A stretch of DNA of 64,000 nt from a virus: IMG/VR virus record IMGVR_UViG_3300009527_000006, positions 1 to 64,000 of that record; one strand, 5' to 3'. A model generated the notes under the pieces. That model was not told where the DNA came from. It made no database searches and saw nothing but the letters and a program-made list of their open reading frames with translations. Of the stretch, positions 30,209 to 39,602 are shown piece by piece; the stretch's first letter is position 1, and each line of letters opens with the position of its first letter. Both the position numbers and the translations under genes were made by a program.

Positions 30209-31111
30209 TTATCTAGTCATAATGTAAACTTTTGCTACAGAAGAATATAAATCGTCAATATCATTTGTACGAGAAGTATTATCACCGTCTAAATCTTCAT
30301 TGTCTGACATAAACATTGCATTACCATAACGTCCTTCAATTCTTTTGATAAAATGGTCTACTTTACGTTCTTCCTCATCAGTTAATCCACTATAATCACC
30401 ATCTATTAAAGCAGATAGTGCCCATGTAGGAACTGTGAAATCTACTGTCGAGGAATCAGTGTCCTCTGGTTCATGAGATTCTTGGACAGGCTGATTTTGT
30501 TGAGGTTGCTGCTGATTTTGTTGCGACTGTTGAGCGGTATTAGCACTATTACCAGCCATATCATATATAAATTGTTTAATTTTTGCAGTAATATCTTGTG
30601 GATTGGCAAATGGCATACCCAACTTAGTAAAATCATTTACAATAGTTTGTGAAACAGAGTTAATGTAGCTCTCAATTTTAGCATTATTCGGCATTGTTTT
30701 AGCTTGTTGTATTTTTTGATTACCTTGCTGCTGTAATGCTTGGCCTCTTTGAGAGAGCGTATTGTTAGAGCCATCTATATTTGTTCCATATACAGAATTA
30801 GCCGCATTAGCAGCTTTATTTGCCAGATTACCAGCAGCATTATAAGCACTGCCTTTCAATTTATCTACCATTCCCCCGGCTGCTTGTTTTGCACCCTGAT
30901 ATGCCCCCTTTGCTTGGCCAAATCGGGATTTCATTCGATCAAACATTCCTTCCTCAACCAATCTTTTTTTAGTAATAGAGTCACAGCTCTCAAGCAATTT
31001 AAGCACTTCGGCAAAATCTCCGCGTTTTTCTGCAAGAGCTATTTTATCATAATTGGTAGAAAATTTAGCGGTACTTTCTACGCACAACATAGTTAATTCA
31101 TCGTATCTCAT
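30209..31111 (-). CDS. Hypothetical Q/A-rich late protein
   Basis: 300 aa; EGMFDRMKSR motif; CTAAATA upstream. Confidence 0.65.
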   Translation of the reverse strand: MRYDELTMLCVESTAKFSTNYDKIALAEKRGDFAEVLKLLESCDSITKKRLVEEGMFDRMKSRFGQAKGAYQGAKQAAGGMVDKLKGSAYNAAGNLANKAANAANSVYGTNIDGSNNTLSQRGQALQQQGNQKIQQAKTMPNNAKIESYINSVSQTIVNDFTKLGMPFANPQDITAKIKQFIYDMAGNSANTAQQSQQNQQQPQQNQPVQESHEPEDTDSSTVDFTVPTWALSALIDGDYSGLTDEEERKVDHFIKRIEGRYGNAMFMSDNEDLDGDNTSRTNDIDDLYSSVAKVYIMTR

Positions 31112-31141
31112 TTATATTATTTAGCATAATAAATAATATAA

Positions 31142-33475
31142 ATGGCTTCCTCATTCAAAGACTTCTTTATTGCAGTAGACAAATATCTTCAATCTAACGG
31201 AAAGGGAAGTGGAGGTAATACTATTGCACAGAAAATAAACAATCTTTTTGATAATACTAAATCACCTTTGTCTCTGAAAAGCGGCAGTGTTTTAGAAAAA
31301 CTTTATCTTAATATGAATAGCTTTGCTGATAGCATAGCATTAAATGAAATAATAATAAATGATTTGGGAAAAGATATTATTAATACTGGAGTTTCTAAAA
31401 ACTTCACAAAAATTAATACAGGAATAGGTAAATTTATCAGGAGTATGGATGCCATGTCTTCTGCGGCAGGCAATGTTACTTCTAAATTATCAGCATTTAA
31501 AATAAAAGGTCTTAATACCAGACCTGCAATTTCTGGAGCAGGAATAGCAGATGCATTTTCTAGCAGATTTACATCAACCAGAATAGATACTAATACTCGT
31601 AATGGGGTTCGTTACAGTCGTGCATTAGATGTAAATTTAAGTAAAAATAGCATAACAAACTTTCTTAATGAATGGACTATACGAAGCATCTATATCGGTA
31701 AAAATATTCCAATGCAAGTATCTATTCATAATATAGATGAAATTATTGCTCGCTGGACTAATCGACTTTCAACAGAAAAACTGCAAACACAGAACCCTAA
31801 TGGAACTTTAGATACTAAAAATCTTTTGAATGTAAGAATAATGGGATTGTCAGATGAAGTATCAAAATCAATCCGTCAATTATCTGGAAAATCTAACAAA
31901 GACTCTGAAAATTCAGGGGGATTGTTTGGCAGAATTTTCGGAACATTTGCTAGCGGAATCGCACTGTTTGGAACTCTGGCAGGATTAAATTATCTACTCA
32001 ATAATACTCCAGTAGGAGGGATGATTAAAAATTTCTTATGGGCAGGAATAGATTTGGTATGGGAAAATAGAGAACCTATTGGTGAATTTTTATATGAGCA
32101 AATAAATGGAGTATATAATTTAGTTACAGGTTACTTCAAAAATCTTTTCAATTTATTAGGTCTTAAAGACAGATTAGGAAAAGAAGGTGAAGGAACTGCG
32201 GTTTTTTTGACTAGATTAGCCCATAAAATCATAGGATTCTTTGATACTAAATTTCTTGGAGGATTGGGAGGAAAAATAGCTAATTCTGTAAAAAGTATAG
32301 CAAAATTACCCGAAACTATTCTTCAGAAAATTGGAGGATTTTTAATGGGGGACCAGATTAAACAAGGTCTGGATACTGTAATGAAAGAATTTTCTAAATC
32401 TTGGAATGTTAAAAATTTAATAACAGGAACAAAAACTCTGTTCAAAGGCGCTGGACTCACCAAAATAGCCGGATATGCCCTATCTCTTGTGGGAAAAGTG
32501 ACAAAGTTATTAAAATTTATACCCGGATTAGGAGCTATTATATCATTTTATTCAGCTTATCAAAGATTTTCAGCAGGTGATTATGTAGGAGGGCTTATTG
32601 AGCTTGGAGGAGCTATTCCGGTAGTCGGCTGGGGATTCATGGCTCTTAATATGTATCTTGATGCCGCAAAGAGTGAAGAAAAAAAATCTTGGAATGCTTC
32701 AATAGGCGATTTCTTAGGAAAGGCTGGTGATTGGATCATGAAAAACGTCAAAAATATTCCATTAATAGGGGGTTTAGTTGACATAGGAGTAGGAATTTAT
32801 GATATAATTAAGGGAGATTATAAGAAAGGTTTTGAAGAAATTTTCAACGGACTTTTCAGAATAACTCCTTTTGGATGGATAGCAGAAGCATATTCTGCTA
32901 TCACCGCTATTACAGAAAATTCCGATGATTCTTCTTCAAAAAACATACTTCCTAACAAAGGAAATTCTATTCCTATAGTTCAATCTATTATGGAATTTTT
33001 TACAAAACCAATTGATGCCTTTGTAGGATTTATAAAAGAATTATCTAATTCGGTTATAGGAAAACTAGCATCTATGGGAAAATCTGGTATTTTAGATACT
33101 CTTTGGAATTTCTCTATGCCGGGAATGGCATATAATGCGGTCAAAAAAAATTCTAATTCTACTTCTTTAGACGTAAAATCTAAAGAACTAATTAGAGGCG
33201 TTGCTGCTACTTCTGAAAAAACTGCTGCGGTTAAAGAGGATAGCAACAATATAATATATGCAGAACTAGAGAAAACAAGAAGTAGTATTGACGAAATGAA
33301 AGTTTTATTAGAGATGTATCTAAAAACTTCTATAGAGGGGATAGCAGGCATGGTAGATGCGTCTCTCAGAGGCTCACAATTAGTATCAGATACAATAGTA
33401 AAGACTACCCAAAATAATCAAAGACCTGTTGATACGAGCATATCAGAATTCCGTAGAAATATAGATCGTAAATAA
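31142..33475 (+). CDS. Tape-measure/baseplate-hub-like protein
   Basis: 777 aa; Gly-rich amphipathic repeats (LKFIPGLG..GDYVGGLIELGGAIP); lies in the baseplate cluster. Confidence 0.6.
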   Translation: MASSFKDFFIAVDKYLQSNGKGSGGNTIAQKINNLFDNTKSPLSLKSGSVLEKLYLNMNSFADSIALNEIIINDLGKDIINTGVSKNFTKINTGIGKFIRSMDAMSSAAGNVTSKLSAFKIKGLNTRPAISGAGIADAFSSRFTSTRIDTNTRNGVRYSRALDVNLSKNSITNFLNEWTIRSIYIGKNIPMQVSIHNIDEIIARWTNRLSTEKLQTQNPNGTLDTKNLLNVRIMGLSDEVSKSIRQLSGKSNKDSENSGGLFGRIFGTFASGIALFGTLAGLNYLLNNTPVGGMIKNFLWAGIDLVWENREPIGEFLYEQINGVYNLVTGYFKNLFNLLGLKDRLGKEGEGTAVFLTRLAHKIIGFFDTKFLGGLGGKIANSVKSIAKLPETILQKIGGFLMGDQIKQGLDTVMKEFSKSWNVKNLITGTKTLFKGAGLTKIAGYALSLVGKVTKLLKFIPGLGAIISFYSAYQRFSAGDYVGGLIELGGAIPVVGWGFMALNMYLDAAKSEEKKSWNASIGDFLGKAGDWIMKNVKNIPLIGGLVDIGVGIYDIIKGDYKKGFEEIFNGLFRITPFGWIAEAYSAITAITENSDDSSSKNILPNKGNSIPIVQSIMEFFTKPIDAFVGFIKELSNSVIGKLASMGKSGILDTLWNFSMPGMAYNAVKKNSNSTSLDVKSKELIRGVAATSEKTAAVKEDSNNIIYAELEKTRSSIDEMKVLLEMYLKTSIEGIAGMVDASLRGSQLVSDTIVKTTQNNQRPVDTSISEFRRNIDRK

Positions 33476-33480
33476 TATAA

Positions 33481-34551
33481 ATGACTGTTAGATATAAAAT
33501 TTCGGACAAATCTTCTAAATTTCTAATTCCTGATAGTAATGGAGGAAATATAGATGTCACTCAAATGGCATGGACTGTCACGCCAAAGAGCGGTAGAACT
33601 GAAATACCCAGCGCAACACTGATAGAGTATCAACAATCCGCAGGACAACTAATTTCATCTATAGCAAATTATACCAAAGCCGGAATAGACTTTTTTGCCG
33701 GAACATCTGAAGATAGTAGAAACAATGCTTATCTACACAAATACTTCGCAAATCCTACTGGGTTTGTTTATAAAATTCCATTCTTTTCTGAAACAAAATA
33801 TTCTAAAACAAATGATTTTGGTGGAGATGATAAAGATAGCATATCATCTATACTGAGTGGAATAACTGGCACAGGCGGTTCGTCTAATAAATATTCAAAT
33901 ATTTTATCTACTCTATCAGTTGCAAAAACAATAGTGCAGTCATCCATGGCTTCAAAATTAAATTTTGAAAATCCGCAACATTGGACATCATCATCAGTTC
34001 CATCAATAAAAATTACTTGGGATTTGCATAATACAGGTTCGGTGGAAGATATAGTCAATAACAGAAATCTAGCATATATTCTTAACTATCAAAATAGTCC
34101 GTCAAGAAAAAATGCCATTTTAATGGACCCTCCAGTAATATATACTCTTCACATTCCTGATTGCGTTCACATGCCTGCATGTTTTGTAGATTCATTGGAA
34201 ATAACTAATTTAGGAAATACCTGGGAAAAGGTTCTTCCTAATTCTGGAAGTAATGAAAAAAGAATAATTCCCGAAGCATACCGTTTTAATATAAGTTTCA
34301 AGTCTTTACTAATGGATACTAGAAATATGCAAACTGGCATGGATGATGGCAAATTTCCTTCAGCAATAACAGATTCAAAATTACTAGAAGATTTCGCAAA
34401 TGTTTTATCCGAATTAGAAGCTACTAAGAACGAAGATATTAAAAATAGGGCACTATCTTTAGCAAATAGATTATCATCAGAATTAGGTTTTCCATTAACC
34501 CCTCTAATCAACACTGTCAATCAGACCGCAGTAAATCAACCGACTCCATAA
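33481..34551 (+). CDS. Baseplate tail-tube cap (gp48-like)
   Basis: PPVIYTLHIP..MPACFVDSLEIT; IPEAYRFNISFKSL. Confidence 0.55.
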   Translation: MTVRYKISDKSSKFLIPDSNGGNIDVTQMAWTVTPKSGRTEIPSATLIEYQQSAGQLISSIANYTKAGIDFFAGTSEDSRNNAYLHKYFANPTGFVYKIPFFSETKYSKTNDFGGDDKDSISSILSGITGTGGSSNKYSNILSTLSVAKTIVQSSMASKLNFENPQHWTSSSVPSIKITWDLHNTGSVEDIVNNRNLAYILNYQNSPSRKNAILMDPPVIYTLHIPDCVHMPACFVDSLEITNLGNTWEKVLPNSGSNEKRIIPEAYRFNISFKSLLMDTRNMQTGMDDGKFPSAITDSKLLEDFANVLSELEATKNEDIKNRALSLANRLSSELGFPLTPLINTVNQTAVNQPTP

Positions 34552-34555
34552 ATTT

Positions 34556-34870
34556 ATGCAAAAACTTCCAACAGATTACTCTAAATTATTTGATATTCAT
34601 ACTGATTCAAACGGATTAGGATTTTTGAATTTATATGATTCTATAATAATAGGTGATAATATTAATCCTGATTTTTACTCCGATTATTATTTTTCTGATG
34701 GTGATGATTTCTATTCTCTTGCTAATAAATTCTACGAAAATCATAGATTGTGGTGGATAATTCTTCTAGTGAATAGAATAGACAATCCTTTTGAATTTAC
34801 AGGTGGACTTATTAAAATTCCTAACCAATCTCTCATAAACATCATATTAGATGCCTTAAATAATAAATAA
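34556..34870 (+). CDS. gp53: Baseplate wedge protein (gp53-like)
   Basis: LANKFYENHRLWWIILLVNRIDNPF..IKIP. Confidence 0.8.
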   Translation: MQKLPTDYSKLFDIHTDSNGLGFLNLYDSIIIGDNINPDFYSDYYFSDGDDFYSLANKFYENHRLWWIILLVNRIDNPFEFTGGLIKIPNQSLINIILDALNNK

Positions 34871-36420
34871 TGTCAGATTTTCCATATAATTTTAATAGAA
34901 CTGATTACATTTTTTCAATAAAACTACTCAATGGAACGCATGAAGTTGAGCTGAAACCCGGAGTATGGGACTATCTAACATTACATGAAGATATTTTTCG
35001 TTGGTGGACAGTAGGTTCTATAGAAATAAATTCATCCAATGAATCTTTAGAAAGAGGTTCAGATTATTTTGGCGTAGTTGGCATTGATGAGAAACAGGTA
35101 AATTATAAATTTAGAAATGATGGAAGAGACACTATTTTTATAAAAATACGGCCCAAAGATGAAAATTTATCAATTTCAGATGCTTCTTTTGATGAAAAAA
35201 GATGGCATATAGAATTAGATTGCGTAATATATCAAGTTGAGGATTTGGCTCATAGTTCTTTAGGCGACAAGAGAAAAAAATTATTCTTCCATGAAAAAAC
35301 TTATCAGTTGATGCTAGAAAAAAATACAACTTTTTCGACATCTACAGTAGGCGAAAATGCTAAAAAGGAAAAGATATACAAACTCACTAATGAAGAAAGA
35401 AGTCTTCCTTCTGGAGAGGCTATTAAAGAACTGCTCAAAAATGACCCAGACTTTTCTAAACATGCCGAAAATACAGATAATACAGAATTATGGGACTTAG
35501 GTAGTAAGGATAACAAGATATTTTATAATTCGCCTAGCAATTATAAATTTATAGATGACCTATATTATCTTTTAGAAAATCACATTTCTTCTGAAGAGAA
35601 CAATTACATGCCCTGTTTGCTGAAGTTTGAACGAAATGGTGAAAACAAACCTAAACAATTTTCACTAATATCATTCAAAAAATTATTTGAAAAAGCTGGA
35701 AAATCGGTTCCCGGAGAATATCAATTAGAACACATATTTTTAGAAGAAAATTCAGAAAATCATAATAAAGATCAAATCTTAATTAAAAAGGCACCTTTGA
35801 ATAAAGATAGTTCTGTGAATGGAGAATTAAAAGCAACGCACTTCACTGATGCACCTCGTTATCAATTAATTGATATGAGCGGAATGGACTATTCTACAAA
35901 ATTGTTCAATAGAAATGTAGTGGCATATAACAGTAAAGATGGGCAATGGAATATAGAAATGGAGGAAAATAAAGCAGAAAAATTCAAAGACTTTTTCAAA
36001 AACGCCATTTCTCAGAATGTGATGACAAATCTTAAAGAAGATCGGTTGCCTATAACACGTTTCTTAAAAGACGGCTACAATACTGAAGACGTATATAGTA
36101 TTCATCCAAGTGATAAATTGCGTTTAGCCGACGGAAGAAATGCTATTATTAAAAATTATCTCTTCCAAAATTTAGCAATAAGTTTAGATTTAAGAGGTCT
36201 TACACAAAGACAGCCCGGAAGATTTTTTGGATTATCTAAATCTACCGAAAATACTCAAGAACATGATAATAAACTCGAAGGTCAATACTTAACAGTAAAC
36301 GTCATTCACCTTTTTAGCACGTCATCTCATTCTTATTCCAATAAAATAATAGGAATAAAAACGCACACGTATCAAGAAAAATTTGCTCTTGTGGATGATG
36401 ATGTAATAACGACTTCTTAA
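34870..36420 (+). CDS. Baseplate hub protein (gp27-like)
   Basis: Position; C-terminal GLTQRQPGRF..GQYLTVNVIHLF. Confidence 0.55.
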   Translation: MSDFPYNFNRTDYIFSIKLLNGTHEVELKPGVWDYLTLHEDIFRWWTVGSIEINSSNESLERGSDYFGVVGIDEKQVNYKFRNDGRDTIFIKIRPKDENLSISDASFDEKRWHIELDCVIYQVEDLAHSSLGDKRKKLFFHEKTYQLMLEKNTTFSTSTVGENAKKEKIYKLTNEERSLPSGEAIKELLKNDPDFSKHAENTDNTELWDLGSKDNKIFYNSPSNYKFIDDLYYLLENHISSEENNYMPCLLKFERNGENKPKQFSLISFKKLFEKAGKSVPGEYQLEHIFLEENSENHNKDQILIKKAPLNKDSSVNGELKATHFTDAPRYQLIDMSGMDYSTKLFNRNVVAYNSKDGQWNIEMEENKAEKFKDFFKNAISQNVMTNLKEDRLPITRFLKDGYNTEDVYSIHPSDKLRLADGRNAIIKNYLFQNLAISLDLRGLTQRQPGRFFGLSKSTENTQEHDNKLEGQYLTVNVIHLFSTSSHSYSNKIIGIKTHTYQEKFALVDDDVITTS

Positions 36421-36431
36421 ATAATATTATT

Positions 36432-37400
36432 ATGATAGTAACCGAAACATTTACAAAGAATCTTACTGCAAATCCTTCTGGTAAAAGAAAAGAGTCGCCT
36501 ACTATTTTTGATGAACTCAGATGGGCAATGCAACATAGTGAGGATCCACTGAGACAAACTATGCAGTTGATTTCTGAAATACACGGTCCTTGGACTGGAA
36601 TGACCGAAGACGTTTTAGGATTACTTAATTTAATACTATCATTATATAATAGCAAATCATCTAAAATAAACATCAATGCAAAGGCGGCAGTAGGAGCACT
36701 GGGTAAATTAGTTGCCCCTAGTAGTAATATTGGAAGGCTCTCTTCTATTACTGCAAATGATATGAACCCTGCCTTTCTTAGAGAATTTGTAAGGCGTTCT
36801 CAAAATATAAACCCAGCAGTATTCACTTTTATCCAGCACAATATCGGAAAATATCCATATTTCCAACAAGTTTCTGAACAAGTAGGAAGCCTTGGCCAAG
36901 CAATATTGACCAAACGCGATGTTAAATTAGAAGATCGCGTAAAAACTAATGGGAAAAATTCATGGCAAACCTCATATCCAGTAAGAAGAAATTCTGATAT
37001 AAAGATATTTTCGCAAATATCATCTAATATAGATATAAGTGATGCTTTTTTAGATGTATGTTTTCTTAGATGTTTAAGCAGCAGCAATAATGGTGCAATA
37101 CTAGAAAAATCTGATACTTCTATTTCGCATGGATTTGATTTATCACCTGATATTCTTAACAAAGACCGTGTTAAAAAATCATCTGCCCCGTGCTTAGCAG
37201 AAGCCGTTAATCGTTTCGGGCCGACAATTAAATTATTAGATACTTTCTTTCCAGTAAAATATGAAGTTAAACCCGTTCCAGAGTTTAAAACTATAAAAAC
37301 TGAAATTGGCTCGGTCATGGTAGACCAATTAGCAAGACCTGTTAAAAACGATCCTGCATTACCTGTTGCTAAACAAGAATACAAGAAAAACAATTCTTAA
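36432..37400 (+). CDS. Hypothetical late protein
   Basis: 322 aa; TAAATA upstream. Confidence 0.6.
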   Translation: MIVTETFTKNLTANPSGKRKESPTIFDELRWAMQHSEDPLRQTMQLISEIHGPWTGMTEDVLGLLNLILSLYNSKSSKININAKAAVGALGKLVAPSSNIGRLSSITANDMNPAFLREFVRRSQNINPAVFTFIQHNIGKYPYFQQVSEQVGSLGQAILTKRDVKLEDRVKTNGKNSWQTSYPVRRNSDIKIFSQISSNIDISDAFLDVCFLRCLSSSNNGAILEKSDTSISHGFDLSPDILNKDRVKKSSAPCLAEAVNRFGPTIKLLDTFFPVKYEVKPVPEFKTIKTEIGSVMVDQLARPVKNDPALPVAKQEYKKNNS

Positions 37401-37408
37401 ATAAACAT

Positions 37409-39046
37409 ATGGATTATAATAGAAATTATCGCGGAATCATTGTGCAAAATGATGATCCTGAAGAAATGGGACGTGTCAAAGTTTTCGTTCCATCGGTAAA
37501 CATGACTTTATATGAAAATTGGAACAAAGAAAAGAAGGATAAAAAATTTACCAAATTTGGTGCAAATCTAAACGAAGAAGGAGACGGAATAACACCAGAA
37601 ATTATGTCAAAGTTGGCAGATTCTCTTCCTTGGGCAATAGTTCAACAACCGATATTTGGAGGAGGTAATGCAGTTAATTTCCATAGAGATATTGATTATT
37701 CTGAAAAAAGCAATGATTCGGATAATTCTATTCAGCACACTTTCACAAATAAAGAACTTCCTCCAAACAATAATACTGATAAACCTTCTTTAGAAGATAG
37801 ATTAGCACATGAAAATGCCATTCCATCAGAAAATTCTTCAGAAAAATCCGAAGATTCATCAAATGATTGGATAAAAAACATAGTTTCATCTGATGAAGCT
37901 ACTAAAACGAGTAATAATGCTGCGGCAGAAGAAGAGGCAGAAACCTCTAATGTCGGAGGTATTACTATAACTCATATTTCAAAAAATATTCAAAATTTGA
38001 GAGGCCGAAAGTTTTTCTCAACTTCTAGTATAGAAACAGGAAACCAAAAATTCAACCAATACTATGATATTACCAACAATAGAATGAGAAATTCTTATAT
38101 TGGCATTGATGGTAATATAGTAAATGTTCCTCCTCTTTTGACATATTCAAATCCTAATCAAAGTAATGTACCAGACTTCACAGAGTTTGTTAGAATATCC
38201 CCTCAAGGAGTAGATCGTTATAAAATAAACTCAGAGCTGCTCCTAATGAATAATGGTAAGATTGTGGCAAAAGACGAATTAGATGCTACTGGCAAAAAAA
38301 GAAGTAATAGCTTTTCTATAAATGTAGAGGACATAGTTGAAATAAATGTAGTCCCCACAAATAGTCTGCCTATAAATTTAATCAATGGCACGTTTAATTT
38401 TATAGCAAATTTAATACAGCCCGCATTAGTTCCAATCACTCCATCTAAAAATCCTGTATTGCCGCCTTTTCCTGTGCCGTTCCCTATGCACAATGCGGGC
38501 GGTGGAGGTGCCGATATGAACACACTCACATCTTCAGACCTACTTCCCACAAATGCCTTGAAAAACAGCCTCTCTGGAGGAAGTAACCCAAATTCAGTAT
38601 CACGTCAAAATCAAGGAACCGAACCAGACAAACAGACCGATCCTAATAAAACTAAACATCCTAATACTAATCATCCAGATAAGAATAAACATCCATTGCG
38701 TTCAAGCACACAAGGAAATAAAGTTAAAGGAATGGTCAGTATTCCTGCGGTAGGAACAAATGTAAATGTATTTTTTGAACAGGGAAATATTAACTATCCT
38801 ATAGTAACAGGCTACTATTTCACAAAAGAAGATTTAAGAGGTATTCATGATTCCAGCACTGAAAAAGAGAGAGAAAACAGTATTAGTGAAAAAGGAATGT
38901 TTGATAAAATAGTAGAAGCAGCGACAGAGGCAAATACTGATATAGCGCATAGTATTACTACTAAATTATCAAAATTGATTTATGGAGATTGGACAAAACC
39001 ATTTACAGAAGAACAATTAAAATCATTTACACAGAAAGAGCCTTAA
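37409..39046 (+). CDS. gp5 N-terminal OB-fold protein with a large insertion
   Basis: YRGIIVQNDDPEEMGRVKV..LPWA and IPAVGTNVNVFFEQGNINYPIV. Confidence 0.8.
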   Translation: MDYNRNYRGIIVQNDDPEEMGRVKVFVPSVNMTLYENWNKEKKDKKFTKFGANLNEEGDGITPEIMSKLADSLPWAIVQQPIFGGGNAVNFHRDIDYSEKSNDSDNSIQHTFTNKELPPNNNTDKPSLEDRLAHENAIPSENSSEKSEDSSNDWIKNIVSSDEATKTSNNAAAEEEAETSNVGGITITHISKNIQNLRGRKFFSTSSIETGNQKFNQYYDITNNRMRNSYIGIDGNIVNVPPLLTYSNPNQSNVPDFTEFVRISPQGVDRYKINSELLLMNNGKIVAKDELDATGKKRSNSFSINVEDIVEINVVPTNSLPINLINGTFNFIANLIQPALVPITPSKNPVLPPFPVPFPMHNAGGGGADMNTLTSSDLLPTNALKNSLSGGSNPNSVSRQNQGTEPDKQTDPNKTKHPNTNHPDKNKHPLRSSTQGNKVKGMVSIPAVGTNVNVFFEQGNINYPIVTGYYFTKEDLRGIHDSSTEKERENSISEKGMFDKIVEAATEANTDIAHSITTKLSKLIYGDWTKPFTEEQLKSFTQKEP

Positions 39047-39057
39047 TATTATTGAAT

Positions 39058-39555
39058 TCAATCCCATAGATTACGAAAATATTTTCCTAGAAGAACAAAT
39101 CCTTCATCAATCCGTGTCTCATGTTCTTTCACAGGTGTCCAATCAATAGATTTTTGCATTTCGTCGCTCATGGTATATTTTCCATCAGCAGTCTTAATCA
39201 TATTGAAGAATGACATTTCATCATAATTTTGCGGATAAATGGGTTTCACAAATTCTTCATGATGCTCCATAGACCATATAATTTTGTCCAAAATATCATT
39301 CCATTCTTGCTCTGTCAAAGTTGCAGGATGGCCACTTAAATTATTTCTATAATGTTTAAGCCTCGGAAGTATCCATGCACAGGTGTAACTATACAAATCC
39401 CAAGATTCTTTTTCATGAAAACCGTTTTTGATACGAAAAATACAACGCTTGACACTCTTACAAATATCATATTTGAATTCTTTGATCATAAATTTAAGGT
39501 GTGAAAATGACCAAAATCCTTCATCTAAATCATCATATATAGCAAATCTTCTCAT
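39058..39555 (-). CDS. Hypothetical protein (common phage family)
   Basis: ILPRLKHYR..EWNDILDKIIW..EGFVLLGKYFRNLWD. Confidence 0.75.
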   Translation of the reverse strand: MRRFAIYDDLDEGFWSFSHLKFMIKEFKYDICKSVKRCIFRIKNGFHEKESWDLYSYTCAWILPRLKHYRNNLSGHPATLTEQEWNDILDKIIWSMEHHEEFVKPIYPQNYDEMSFFNMIKTADGKYTMSDEMQKSIDWTPVKEHETRIDEGFVLLGKYFRNLWD

Positions 39556-39560
39556 TTCTC

Positions 39561-39589
39561 ACTATAACATAGACTCCTAATATTGTCAA
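39561..39589 (-). promoter_or_regulatory. Sigma70 early promoter
   Basis: TTGACA-17-TATAGT with extended TG, 5 nt before ATG. Confidence 0.8.
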
Positions 39590-39602
39590 ATTAAATAAAT
39601 AT

